This document shows positions 14,837 through 27,700 of a DNA stretch of 56,540 nucleotides, piece after piece (the first letter of the stretch is position 1; every line of letters begins with the position of its first letter). Under the pieces are notes generated by a model. The model saw only the letters and a list, made by a program, of their open reading frames with translations. It was not told where the DNA came from and searched no databases. The translations under genes and the position numbers were made by a program. Source of the stretch: Anaeramoeba ignava BMAN (taxonomy: Eukaryota; Protista; Anaeramoebae); contig JAPDFW010000041.1 of NCBI GenBank assembly GCA_028826165.1, positions 1-56,540 of the forward strand, given 5' to 3'.

Positions 14837-17694
14837 CTAATTTAAATTTTGTGATTTTTCTTCTTCTTGTTTTTTCAAATAAAATTTCTTTTTTTGATTA
14901 ATTTCAGTTATTAATTTTGGTTTTGAAAGAAGTTGATAAAAATCTCCAAGTTCAGATATTTCTTTTAAATTTTCAACTTTTATTGATTCAGGAAGTTTAT
15001 CTGTATAAAGAAATTCAATTAAAGCTCTTATTGATTCACCTGATCTTTGAGAATAATCATGAACTTGATTTGAGGAATCATTTACACTAATAAACATTCC
15101 TCTGAATAATTCAGTTCTTGCCATTAAAACGAATTTATGAACATATATTTTTTGTTCATCATATGAAATTATGATAAAATCTTTTGGATCATTTTCATAT
15201 AAATTTTCATATAAATTTTTATATGAATTTTGATTTTGATTTTTATATGAATTTTCATTTTGATTTTGATTTTCATTTTCATTTAAATTTTGATTTTGAT
15301 TTTGATTTTGATTTTCATTTTGATTTTGATTTTGATTTTGATTTTGATTTTGATTTTTATATGAATTTTCATTTTGATTTTGATTTTGATTTTCATTTTC
15401 ATTTTGATTTTGATTTTGATTTTCACTTTGATTTTGATTTTGATTTTGATTTTGATTTTGATTTTTATATGAATTTTCATTTTGATTTTGATTTTCATTT
15501 TCATTTAAATTTTGATTTTGATTTTGATTTTGATTTTCAATTTGATTTTGATTTTGATTTTGATTTTGATTTTGATTTTCAATTTGATTTTGATTTTGAT
15601 TTTGATTTTGATTTTTATTTTCATTTTCATTTTGATTTTGATTTTGATTTTGATTTTTATTTTCATTTTCATTTTGATTTTGATTTTGATTTTTATTTTG
15701 ATTTAAATTTTGATTTTGATTTTGATTTTGATTTTTATATAAATTTTTATATGAATTTTGATTTTGATTTTGATTTTCAATTTGATTTTGATTTTGATTT
15801 TGATTTTGATTTTGATTTTGATTTTCAATTTGATTTTTATATAAATTTTTATATGAATTTTGATTTTGATTTTGATTTTCAATTTCATTTTGATTTTGAT
15901 TTTGATTTTGATTTTGATTTTCATTTTGATTTTCATTTTGATTTTCATTTTCATTTTGATTTTCATTTTGATTTTGATTTTGATTTTTGATTTTGATTTT
16001 CATTTTGATTTTCATTTTGATTTTCATTTTGATTTTGATTTTCATTTTGATTTTCATTTTGATTTTGATTTTGATTTTCATTTTGATTTTCATTTTGATT
16101 TTGATTTTCATTTTCATTTTTATTTTTATATAAATTTTTATATGAATTTTGATTTTCATTTTTATATAAATTTTCATTTTCAATTTGATTTTGATTTTTA
16201 TTTTCATTTTGATTTTCATTTTCATTTTGATTTAAATTTTGATTTTGATTTTGATTTGATTTTTCATATAATCTCTTTAAATCAGAACAAAATCCTGTAT
16301 ATCCTGATTTAAAATCAATTTCTTCATTTGAAAATCCAATATCTCTTAAAATTCTAAAAGATTTCTCATTCAAATTTTTGGATCCAAAATAAATCCATTC
16401 AAGTATATTCATTACTTCAAATTTATACTCTTTCTTTAGAATTGAAAATAGTTTTGAACACTTTTCTTTGCCAATTCTCATATTCAAAACATTTGAATGA
16501 ACATTTTTTTCACCATCAAAAAACACAATTTTGGAATCACAATTTTCTTCTCGTTGAAAAAAGCGAAGAAAATCTTGAATCAAATAAGAATCTAAAGGAT
16601 AGAAAATAAAGGAAGTAATAGGTCCTGAAGATATTGCGATATGAAAGGGTGTTGATTGAAGAATTTGAGATATAGAATGAAGAAAAGGGGTTTTTGCATT
16701 TTCTTTAAGGGAAGGTTTGCCAAGTTGACCATAAGAATTACTTGCTCCCCAAATCAAAATTTCATTTTTGGATGTTAAGACAATTGAGTGAGAAGATCCT
16801 GTTGTGATTGCAATAATATCATGATCGGGCATTTCTAATTTTTGAGGCCTATTTATTGCATTGTGAGAATTGAGCCCATTAAATTCTGATTTTCCACATG
16901 AATAAATTTGACCGCATCCTTTCTCTTTGACAAGAAAAATTGTTGAACTGCTTGTCATCCTGATATCCATGATTTGTTCTGCAAAGAATTTTGTGTGTTC
17001 AAAAGGCTGCCAAACTTCCTTAAAATGACCCAATCCAAGTTGTCCCCAAACATTCAATCCAATGCAATAAATCCGGAAATCTTTTGTGATAAAAAAGGCT
17101 TCTGAACAGCAAGCATCACTGTAGATCTTATCCACATTTTTAAAAAGAAGAAATAAGGAAGTTTTCTCTCCGTTTGGAGAATAAAGAAATGAAGAAGTAT
17201 CCCCCAAAATATTTTTAATCCCCCAATTTCCGCAGGCAAAAAGATCCCCATTTTGAGATAGGAAATACATCTGGTTTTTCCCGCAAGCAATGTCCTTGAT
17301 AAACATGTCTTCGAAAACAAGCACTTTTTGAGGAGTGTTTAAATTCAATGAAACCCCCAAATTTATCTCACTCATTGGAATTCCCCAACAATAAACACTT
17401 CCGGAAATTGTATTCGCAATAAACGTTCCTCTTCCTGTTGATTGAATTTTCTTGATTCCTGGAAGTTTGATTTTGGGATCAATTTTCTTTTTTTCACAAA
17501 AATATCCTTGAAGAATAATTTCGTCACTTGAAGAAACAAAACATGTATTTTCAATTGCAGATGATATTTGAGAAACAAAATGTCCTGGAAAGATGTGGAA
17601 AGCATTGGGATTTTGTACATAAAACCCATCATTTTGGAAACCTAATTGATTATAGAAATTATATCTTTTTGAAAGAAGAAAAACAAACAAACAT
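14837..17694 (-). CDS. RCC1/BLIP-II beta-propeller protein with two BTB domains separated by a long Asn/Gln/Glu tract; apparent frameshifts near the start and at about 15985
   Basis: RCC1 motifs [64 protein letters not shown]1 NCDSKIVF...VHSNVLNMR; BTB2 [31 protein letters not shown]. The nearest ATG (17694) is out of frame with the long ORF. Confidence 0.85.
15190..16256 (-). repeat. Coding hexamer microsatellite (AATCAA/AATGAA; NQ/NE) with interspersed SYKNLYK units
   Basis: (GATTTT)n/(CATTTT)n on the + strand, lying between the two BTB domains. Confidence 0.9.
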
Positions 17695-17868
17695 AATTTT
17701 TACAATTTTTAAAAAAAACAAAGAATTAATTAATTTAGAAAAATTAAGTCAAATACCCCCATCCAAAAATTTTGGGAAGTTTTTTCATTTTCGAATAAGA
17801 AAAGATTAAAAAGAAAAAAAATGAAAAAATGAAAGAGAAAAAAAATGAAATTTTGTTTTTTGTTTTTT

Positions 17869-20800
17869 TTAAATTTCATCTTCTTTTTTTAATTCTTGAA
17901 GTTTAAATTTTGAATAAGGTGATGATTGTTGATAATTGTTTGTTAAAATGTAAGAATAACATTTTGAAAGTAAACTTGATACTTGTATTTTCTCTGAAAG
18001 TGGGATTTGTTTATACCAATTTTCAAAATGTAAAATGAAATCTTCTTTCCAAATATTATCAAATCTTTTCCAAAATTTTTCTAAATTAATTAATTCTTTG
18101 TTTTTTTCTTTAGAATAAAATTCTTTAAGTTTTTGGAAAAATTCTTGTTGATTTCCATTTCTGTGATTCGAACTTTCTGAAATCCAATTAAGAATAAGAA
18201 AAAAAGAAGGATTTGATTTTAAAAAATCAATTACAGTTTTTCCATTCCATGATTCCATTGATTTGTCAACTTCATCAATATCTTTTCCTTGTTTAACTCG
18301 AACTCTGTGTCTTATCTCAAATAGAATTATTAATATAAGAATTGTAAATGATATCCAAATAATAGCTACAATAATTGTAGAAAGAATTGTTTTGGATTTT
18401 GTTGTTTCAAGATCATTAGAAACAAATATCATTCCTGATAAAAGAATAATTTCTGAAAATAAAATTAAAACAAATTCAAGTGTATTGTGTCTTTCAGCAA
18501 TATATGGATTGATTCTAAATTGAATGATTAATGCAATCAAAAGAATAAAAACACAAAATACTGATTGAATGATTGAATCTGAAACAAGAAATATTTCAAA
18601 AATTGTTAATAATAATTTTCTTATCATAATCATAAATTCCCAAAAAAACCATCTTCTTGAATATCTTGCACAAAGTAATCCAAATCTTAAATCAAATGTT
18701 TCTTCATCAAGTTTTTTAGATGAATGTATTAATAAGAAAAGAAGTCCTAATGGTATTCCAATTACATACACAATAATTAATAGAATTGCCCAATAAAATA
18801 ATTTATACCACCAATCTTTATAACAAAAATTTCCTGGTTCTGCATCAAAAGTATATGAACCATCTGCTTGTTTACTACATCCAAATATTTGTAATACTTT
18901 ATATGCAAGGAAAAGATATAAAAATGAAAGAATTGTTGTATATGAATTGATAAGATTATTATAAAGTTGTTTGCGTTCTTCTTTGCTAAATCCATGTGTG
19001 AAAAATTGACTAATTTTGAATTTGATCCAAATAAATGGAAATATATATTTATTGGTTGTTTTTCTGCTTGGTTTTGAACAAAATCGAGGGAATTTTCTCA
19101 TAAATCCTGCTCCACATTTCTCAATAATTTTGGAATGAATAAATGTAAAAAGATAAATTAAAAGTAAAACACTTAAAAGAACAAAAGGAAGAAGCATAGA
19201 AACAATCCATTTTTCTGAATAAGTAAATTGAAAGCTGCAATCAACTGCAAGAAAATCAATATTGAAATTAAATATTGAAAGATATTTCCAAGTATTATTT
19301 ATATTAGATGGCCAATTTAAATCAAGTCCTGATATAATACTTAAAATTTGGAAAAATGAAAACATAATACTGAATGATGCAAAATAATTCTTCACTTTCT
19401 TTGCAATTATGAAAAGAAATAAACATAGAAATACAATTAAAATTGATGCAATTATAAGTCTACTTTTGGCATTTGATGGACATTTAGCACAATTTGTTCC
19501 AAATTTATAAAATCCATTCAAACATTCTGAACAACATTCTCCATAATATCCTAATTCACTATTACATTGTTCTGCTTCTCCTCCTGGACATGCTTCTGTT
19601 GGATTACATTTCAAGAATAATGTTGGATTTTTTGATGAATGCCAATATCCATATTCAGCTTCTGGAATTTTTAATCCAATATCTTTGCAAATTGCTCCTT
19701 CAGGACATTTTTCACATGGTCCTCCTTCTGGCCCATAATATCCATATGAACAAAAACAATCTGTTATTGATGTTGATCCTGAAGTAGCTGATTCTGAATG
19801 ACTTGGGCATAATTTACAATATGTTTGTCCTGTTTCATCTTGATAATGACTACTTGGACATCCAATACAATTTTGTGCTCCTTCTTTGGTGTTATATGTT
19901 CCACTAGAACATGGTTTACAAAATGATCTAGCTAAATTATTATATGTTCCTTGTGGGCATAATCCACATTCTGTTGTTGATATTGCATATTTCCCATATC
20001 CACAATCTTGACAACTTGTTGCTTCTGTAATATTATTATATTGACCTGATGGGCATTCTTTACAATTAATTGATCCATTTGTTGTTGAAAATGTTCCTGC
20101 TTTACATGATTCACATCCACTTTGTGCTGCTAATTGTTGAAATGTTCCTGGTTTACATTGTTCACATATTATACTTCCTTCGTGATCTGAATAATTTCCT
20201 GAAGAGCATGGTTTACATTCAAATGCTCCTATTTTATCATTATAATATCCACTAGCACACTTACTACAACCTTCATCTTCATCATCAAAATTATTACTAT
20301 ATCTTCCTTTTGGACATCCTTTTACTTCTCCAGTAATTGATACATTTGAATTATATTCAAATTCAATATATTGTATATCTGTTGAATTTAATTTGTTTTT
20401 ATCTAAAGTACTTTCATCAAAAAATAAAATTACTTGATATAATATATCTTTTCTTGAGCTACCTGTTGAATTTCGAAGTAAATTAACATTTATAGATTGT
20501 TGTAAAATAGATATTGAATTGTTAATCATAATTCCATATGAATCTTGTGATACAATAATATTTAAATTTGAATATTGATATGTTTTGAAATTTCCTGAAA
20601 TTATACTACTGTTTTGGAAAATTACATTTCCATAAAATAAAAATGAATAATTGTTTAATGTAGATAAAGTTGAATTATCTATTATTGTATTTGAAGTATT
20701 CATAAAATAAGAATCATTATATATATTTAATGAAGAAATATTATTTAATTTTAAATCTTTTGAATTGTTTATGGAATATATAAAAAGATTTGAATTATTC

Positions 20801-23800
20801 ATTTCAATTATTCCTTCATTTATAAATGTAATGTTAAATGTAGATTGAATATTGTTTAGATTTGTTATTGTTCCTTTGTTGATAAATTTTGATTCATTTT
20901 TAGTTTGATCATTATCTTTTATATAAAAATTGTTTTGAATTTGAGTAATATTGTTTACAATAATTGTTGTTTTAGATGTTTTTATTCCTGAACTTTGTGA
21001 ATTTATTTGTAAATTATTTGTATTAAATTGACAATTTGTTATTGAAATTTCTCCATCTTCAGCATCAATAATAGATTTATTATTAATAATAAAAATTGCA
21101 TTTTCTAATTTAGTATTTGCTTTTAAATTGATATTTGAAAATGTAATTTGAGGAAATGTTTCATTTACTCCTTGAATTATTCCATCAGTTTCAAAATTTA
21201 TATTTTCTGAATTAAATAAAAGATTTGATACTGTTTTGATTGTTGCTCTATTTGTAATATCTTTCATAAATTTGATTTCACGATAGCATCTTATTATTCC
21301 AGAAGCTAAATTATTTAATAAAATATTGAAAGTCATCATTTCATTTCCAAATTCATTTTGATTTTGATTTTGATCTTTTAATTTTGATTTTGATATTGTT
21401 TCATAAAAATAAATTTCTCCATTATTTGTTATTAATGATAATTCATCTGATGTTATATTATTATTGTTGGAATAAATATTGATTAATGAATCATAATTGA
21501 AATTAATTTCTGTATTGTAAATTTCAAGATTACTTATTATATTAATATTTCCTGTTGTAGTTATAGAACAATTAGTATTATTTTTTGGATTGATTTTGAT
21601 TGTTTCTTTCCCATCTCCAAAAATCCAATTTGAATTGATGTTTCCATTTATTTCTGTAAAATTGAAATTTCCACTATAAAAAAAGAAATTTAATAAAATA
21701 ATTGAATTTAATGAATTAACTGTTGAATTATCTTGAATTTGTAATGTTAATAAATTTCCTGTTAAATTAAGTTCTGAATATGATTGATTATATAAATAAA
21801 TTGATGTATCATCAACAATTCCTGAAATGAATAAATTTGAATTATCATACATCTTGATTGAATTATCTAAAATTTGAGAAGTTGTATTTATTCTCAAATT
21901 TGAGTTATTATAAACAGAAACATTTGATAATAAAATTTCTGATGTTTCTGAATTTGATAATCCGAATGTGAAATTTGATAATTCATAAAGATTAAGTGTG
22001 CCATTATCAATAAAATTCCAATTATTCTCAATATTAATTGTAATATTATTCAGATTTAAGGTTGTGTTTTCATTAAGTGAAACTGTAGATGATGGTAATG
22101 ATTGTAAACTTGTTATATCTGAATTCAAAAAATTTATTGTTGAATTTATTGGAGATTCAATTAAATAATTTCCTTCTTCAAAATAAAGACTTGAAGAACT
22201 TTCGAAATTAAGAATTGAATTTATCAATGTTAAATTTGATTCATTTCCAAATATGTTTACAGTGTTCTCAAAAGAAATATTACAATCTTCAAAACTGTTA
22301 TTTCCAAATAAATCAATTTTATAAAATTTTGAATTGAAGTTTTGAATTATTGAATTTTCAATTTTGGTAACTGGTAAATTAATTAATTCATCTTTAAAAT
22401 TTAATGTTGAATTTAAAATTTCAAGATTATTTACTCCAACATCTTGATATTCAATTCGAGAAAAAGGATTATTCAAAATTGAATTATTGATAATAACTTG
22501 TCCTATTGGTATTCTTAATTCAATATTTTTAAATTGAGAATCATTTATTGATTTTAATTCAAAAGTAAGTAATGAAGATTCAAGATGAAGTATAACTTTT
22601 TGAGTATCATAAAATGGAACTTTTGTTTTTAAATTCCCATAAATATCGAATGTATTAGCTATTAATGATCCATTTCCAGATATTTCGAAATAAGATTCTT
22701 CTGTAAAATTTGCATGTCCAGTTGATGAAATTTGAGAATTTTCAATTAATTCAACATTGCTACTATGAGTGAAAATTACGTTTGATGTATTAATTTGAGT
22801 TTTGTTAAGTGAAAAACAACCTTGATTAATTTCTAATGATGTTAAATTAATTGTATTTCCATTTCCAGAAATAGTTACACATTGTGGAGTTTTAATTTCT
22901 TTTTCTTTTTCATTTAATAAAGATGATTCTAATTCTAATTCTGATTGAATGTTGTTTTGAGAAATATTTATTGAATTAAATTCAATATCTTGATTAATTT
23001 CTATATCTCCATTCATAATATTAACATTTAAATTTGTTAAATTGATAGTACCACCTATTTTAGGTGAAATTTTAAATGTTGATCTAATTTCAATTGTTAT
23101 CCCAATATCGCTCATTATATTTGTTCCTGTGAATATTAAAGGTAAACTAATAATTTGTTCATCTCCAACATCTCCAGTAAAATAAAGTGAATCATTAACT
23201 TCAAGGTTGTTTGAAGAACTAAGTTCTAAATTTCCAAATAAAACAAGAATTGGAATTAAAGTATCTTTGGATATAGACAAATCTCCGTAAATCAATATTA
23301 TTCCAGAAATATTTGTTTGATAATCTCCTTGCATTATCAATGATTCATGAAAATGAACAATAGATTGATGTTCAATTGTTAAATTCCCATCATTTAACAC
23401 TATTTCTGCATATATATCAGAACTTGATGTTCCTCCAAAATATAAATTTCCATTTAACACAGCTTTACCTCCTTGAATATTTGAATTTGGATAAATATAT
23501 AAGTTATTAAAATTTTGATTTTTTTGCTCAAAAATTAAACTTGAGTTTATTAGAATAATTTTGGAAATATCATTTGATTCTTCTACATGAAGAGATGAAT
23601 TTTCCATTATTAATTCTTCTGAAACAGAATCTTTGAAATAAACTCGACATCCTATCGATTCTACTGTATAATCATTTACACTACATGATGTGAAAGTGAT
23701 ATTATTGTATACTGAACAAACAAATTTAAAAAATGTTTTTAATGATTCTGATACTATTCCAAGAGATTCAATTTGAATATTTGAATAAAGAGCATCAACT

Positions 23801-24544
23801 AATTTTGTTTCCTCTGATATATCATGGAAGATGTTTTTCATTTGAATTTGTGATTGATTTGATGAAATAGATCCTTCATCAGTAAAACCAATATTTGTAT
23901 CAAATAATATATTGTCTGAATTTTGAATTGTTATCTTTCCATGAAAAACTAACTTAACCACTGATTCATTTACAGTGAAAATGATATTTGATGATCCATC
24001 AATCTTTATAAATAATAAATTTATTTTTTAATATTAAATTTTAGAATAAAAATAAAAATAAAAATAAAAATAAAAATAAAAATAAAAATATACAATAAAA
24101 TCTCCATAGAAATGGAATGTCCCAACATCTGGGCATCTTAAAGGAAGAGAAATGGTGATCTATAAAGAAAATAAAAAAAGAAAATAAAAAAGAAAATTAA
24201 TTGATTAATTAATTGATTTTAAAAGAATTTACCCCTTGTGTATTCGATATAGTTTTATCGTAAGAAGCAACAGTAAAATTTTCTTCTAAACAATTTATAT
24301 AATAGTTTGTCTTCTCTTTAATTTCAGAAAAATTAGTGGGAAGTTCAACACCAATACCCAAAGATTGAGTATAGAAGAAGACTTGATCAAATTTTAATTT
24401 TAAAAAAAAGAATAAGAACAAAAATTAATTAATTAATTAATTAATTAATAAATAGCAAATTAAAATAATAAAAATAATTAAATAGTTTGTTTTACTTTGA
24501 AATAAACAGAAAAAAGAAATAAAAAAGATAAAGCTTTTTTTCAT
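17869..24544 (-). CDS. Large (~2100 aa) surface/membrane protein: signal peptide, Asn/Ile/Ser-rich beta-helix-like ectodomain, Cys-rich ephrin-receptor-like (CxxCxxGxY) repeats, multi-pass TM C-terminus
   Basis: 2030-aa ORF extended at its 5' end by three short introns to an ATG at 24544 (MKKSFIFFISFFCLFQ|IFFYTQSLG). Repeats CSKCASGYY, CKPCSSGNY, CEQCKPGTF etc. at about 19480-20320. Many hydrophobic segments at 18320-19455, including RFGLLCARYSRRWFFWEFMIMIRKLLL. Confidence 0.8.
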
Positions 24545-24707
24545 TTTCGAATAAAAAAAGATAAGGAAAATGAAAGAAAAAAATATTTTTTTTTATTTTT
24601 TTTTTTTAAATAAAAAAATATTCATTTCGATTTCACAAAAACAACAAAAACTTATTTAATTAATTAATTAATTATTAAAAAAAAAAAAATTATGTTCTTC
24701 TTTTCTT

Positions 24708-27700
24708 CTATAAAAAAGAATTATCAGAAGTTTCATAAAGAAACGGTGTTCCATATTCTGCTATTCTTATAGATAAAATACGAATTTGTTTTGAAGAAAT
24801 TTGTTGATGAGTTTTTGCTCTAATTTGTTGAAGAATATTTTTTTCAAGAAGTTTTTCATTTTGATCAAGAGCAATAATTTGTTTTTTAGAAACAAACTGT
24901 CTATTTTGAGAATCGTTATTGACAAAGAAGCACAAACATTTCCACAAGAAAATGCCGTAATCACCGACTATTCGAGGTGTTTGGAGAGAATAATTGAGAT
25001 CATTTTGAGTTAGACTATTTGAGAAAGAATCATCAATTTCAATTGAAAGCGCCAGTTTCTTTTTGGAAAACACTATTGAATCTCTTTTTTTTTGCCGAAT
25101 ATTGATTGCTTTGGATGAATCGGATGAATTTTTTTCGGTTGAAAGATCGGATTGATTTTCGACTTGATTTTGTTCAGAATTATTTCCGTTGTTTGTATTT
25201 TCATTACTATTCTGTATATTTTTGATATTTTTGATATTTTTGATATTTTTAATAATTTCGTCTTCATAATCAGTTTCTGTGTCTGTTTCTGTATCAGATA
25301 TAGACTCTGTTTCTGATGTTTCCAAAAGAGAGTTATTTGCAGATAACTTGAATTTCTCGTTCAAAATATTTTTAGTGTTTTCGTAAGAGTTTTCTTTTGA
25401 TGATAAAGTTCGTATTTTGGAAAAAAGTTTTTCGTCTCGATCGTGATTTTCTTGCCATTGAAAAAGAAAAGAACGCACAGACTCGTGGATTGTTTTTGAT
25501 AGTGTCTTTACCCATGAAGTGGTGAAGCTTTCCTGATCGGAAACAAAAATAAACGCGCCGTCAGGGATAATCAGTCTGAATCCGTAAGAATGAGATTGCA
25601 GATGCGGGACAATCTCCTCAGGCATTTCGTCCAGAAAAATATGCATAATTGGAACTACATTCTGCACATTCATTATTGAATTTTTTGATTTGTCGCAAAT
25701 AATAAGAAAATCATTGAAGAGAAATAGATATTTTGGATGCAGATCAAGCTTCACAGTATGTTTTGCTGCATTTTCGTTGGCTTTGTTTGCGTGATTTCTT
25801 ACAGATGGCTTCATTTTCATTGATACTGAGCGCATTTTTCGCACTCTTCCTGTGTAAACTTGTATTTGCTTTTTCACGTTTTTTTGCTTTTCCAAGTTTT
25901 TGAGCCGTTCGGTAAAATTTGGTGAAATCATGATTTTGTTTTGTAATTTGTGGTTTTGTTGGGGTGTTCTTGGCGAAATTGGTGCGTTTTGTTTTCCAAG
26001 AGATTGTATTGTGTGGATTCCTGAAACATGAGATACAAAATTACTGTTTGGTACAGGCAGGGATGTTGTTGATTTGGGTGTTTCCGCTTGGGTTTTCTCG
26101 TTTGTGTTCAGATTCTCTTTGAAAAAGATTGTGCGGTTCTTAGGCGGAGTGGATTTTAATGATTTTATTCTGGACATTCTTTTCTTGCTAGTTAATATGC
26201 TGGAATTTATGTTATTGGGATCTGTGTTGGGCAAATCGGGATTAATGTTATTTTCATTTTCATTTTCATTTTGATTTTCATTTTCATTTTCATTTTGATT
26301 TTGATTTTGATTTTCATTTTGATTTTGATTTTGATTTTCATTTTCATTTTGATTTATATTTGAATTTTGATTTGAATTCTCGTTGTCATCAGGAGTTATC
26401 ATTTGGGGTGCGTTTGTATTTTTGGGAGTTAATGGTGAAAGCCAACGAGGCATTGGAGTGGAAGAAACAAGAGTTGTACTTTGGGGATCTGTGTGGAGAA
26501 TTGATGATATTGATGAAGGATCAATAGAATAGAGCAATCCTTCAAGAATAAACTTGCGTGTTGGATCTGCAGAAAGATCCATTTTAAGACCAGAAACGGC
26601 GGCTTGTATACGTTCAAAAACAGCATAGTCTTCCTTCATGCGTTTGGATTTATTAATCAAAGTGCCCATGTTTCTGAAGGCGGAAAGAGCATTTTGAAGA
26701 CCTGAATAATCGGGATGGGATTTAGGAGTTGGTTTGATAAAAGCCTCAAGAAGAAGAGGATATTGCCCGACTCGCTGAACGGGTTTTATGAGAATGCCTG
26801 CAAGATCCAAACGTCCGCATCGCGGATCATTTTCAAGAGATTTGAGTATTTCTGCAGCCGATGGGACATGTGTGAGACGCGCAAGAGATTCGCGTGCAAG
26901 TTCGAAATTGGCGTTGTATTTCACATAGCATCGCAGATGAGGCATGAAGGAAAGCATTGGTTCGCTGAGCCGTTTTTGCGAAGACCATTTCTTCATTAGA
27001 TCCTCAATTTCGGAAAGAAAATGCGAGTTTCCTTCAAGAATTTCCTCGATGTTTCCAAAAACTGCATCAACATCCTGCTTGTTTATTGTGGGACTTGAAC
27101 GGAGCGGAAGGAGAACAAAGCTGATTGCGAGTTGAAGACTGCTGACATAATTGCGTTCTGTATCGACAATTTCACGGAATGCGGATGTGCGTTTGAATTC
27201 CTGAGAAAGTATTTGAGCGCATGAAGAATTTGCCTGTTTGGCGAGAATATGAGGCCGTTTCATTTCATCGCGATATTCAATAAGCTCCACACCTTGTGCA
27301 AGGAGCTGTGTGCAGATCTCAGGATCGTCTTGCTGCGCGACTAACTGGATTGGGGTCAACTGCATATCGTTGAGGATGTTTGTGTATTTTGTGTGTTTTA
27401 GAATAAGTTTCGTGACATCCGCATTATGAGTGAGTATTGCTAAATGCAGGGCAGTATTTCCATCCTCGTCGCGCATCTCGCTTGTATATCCAGCAGCAGA
27501 AAGTGCGTCTTGGATCATTGCAAGATCGCATTTCTGTATTCCTTTTTTGAGCGGGGAAACCGCGCCTTTGCGATATAAAAACTTCGCAACAGAAATGTGT
27601 TTGTTTTGCATTGCGAGATCAAGTGCAGTTTTCCCGTCGCGATCAGGAATTTCCAATTGCGCCCGGGCATCCACAAGTGTGGAAACGCATTTTTCGTGGC

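Noticed and set aside
15184-16312. ORFs of poly-(FD), (IL), (KI), (LK), (FN), also at 33201-33745, 37597-37947, 42145-42415, 43637-44187, 48619-48979
   Set aside because: Alternative-frame or antisense readings of hexamer microsatellites; no independent coding evidence.
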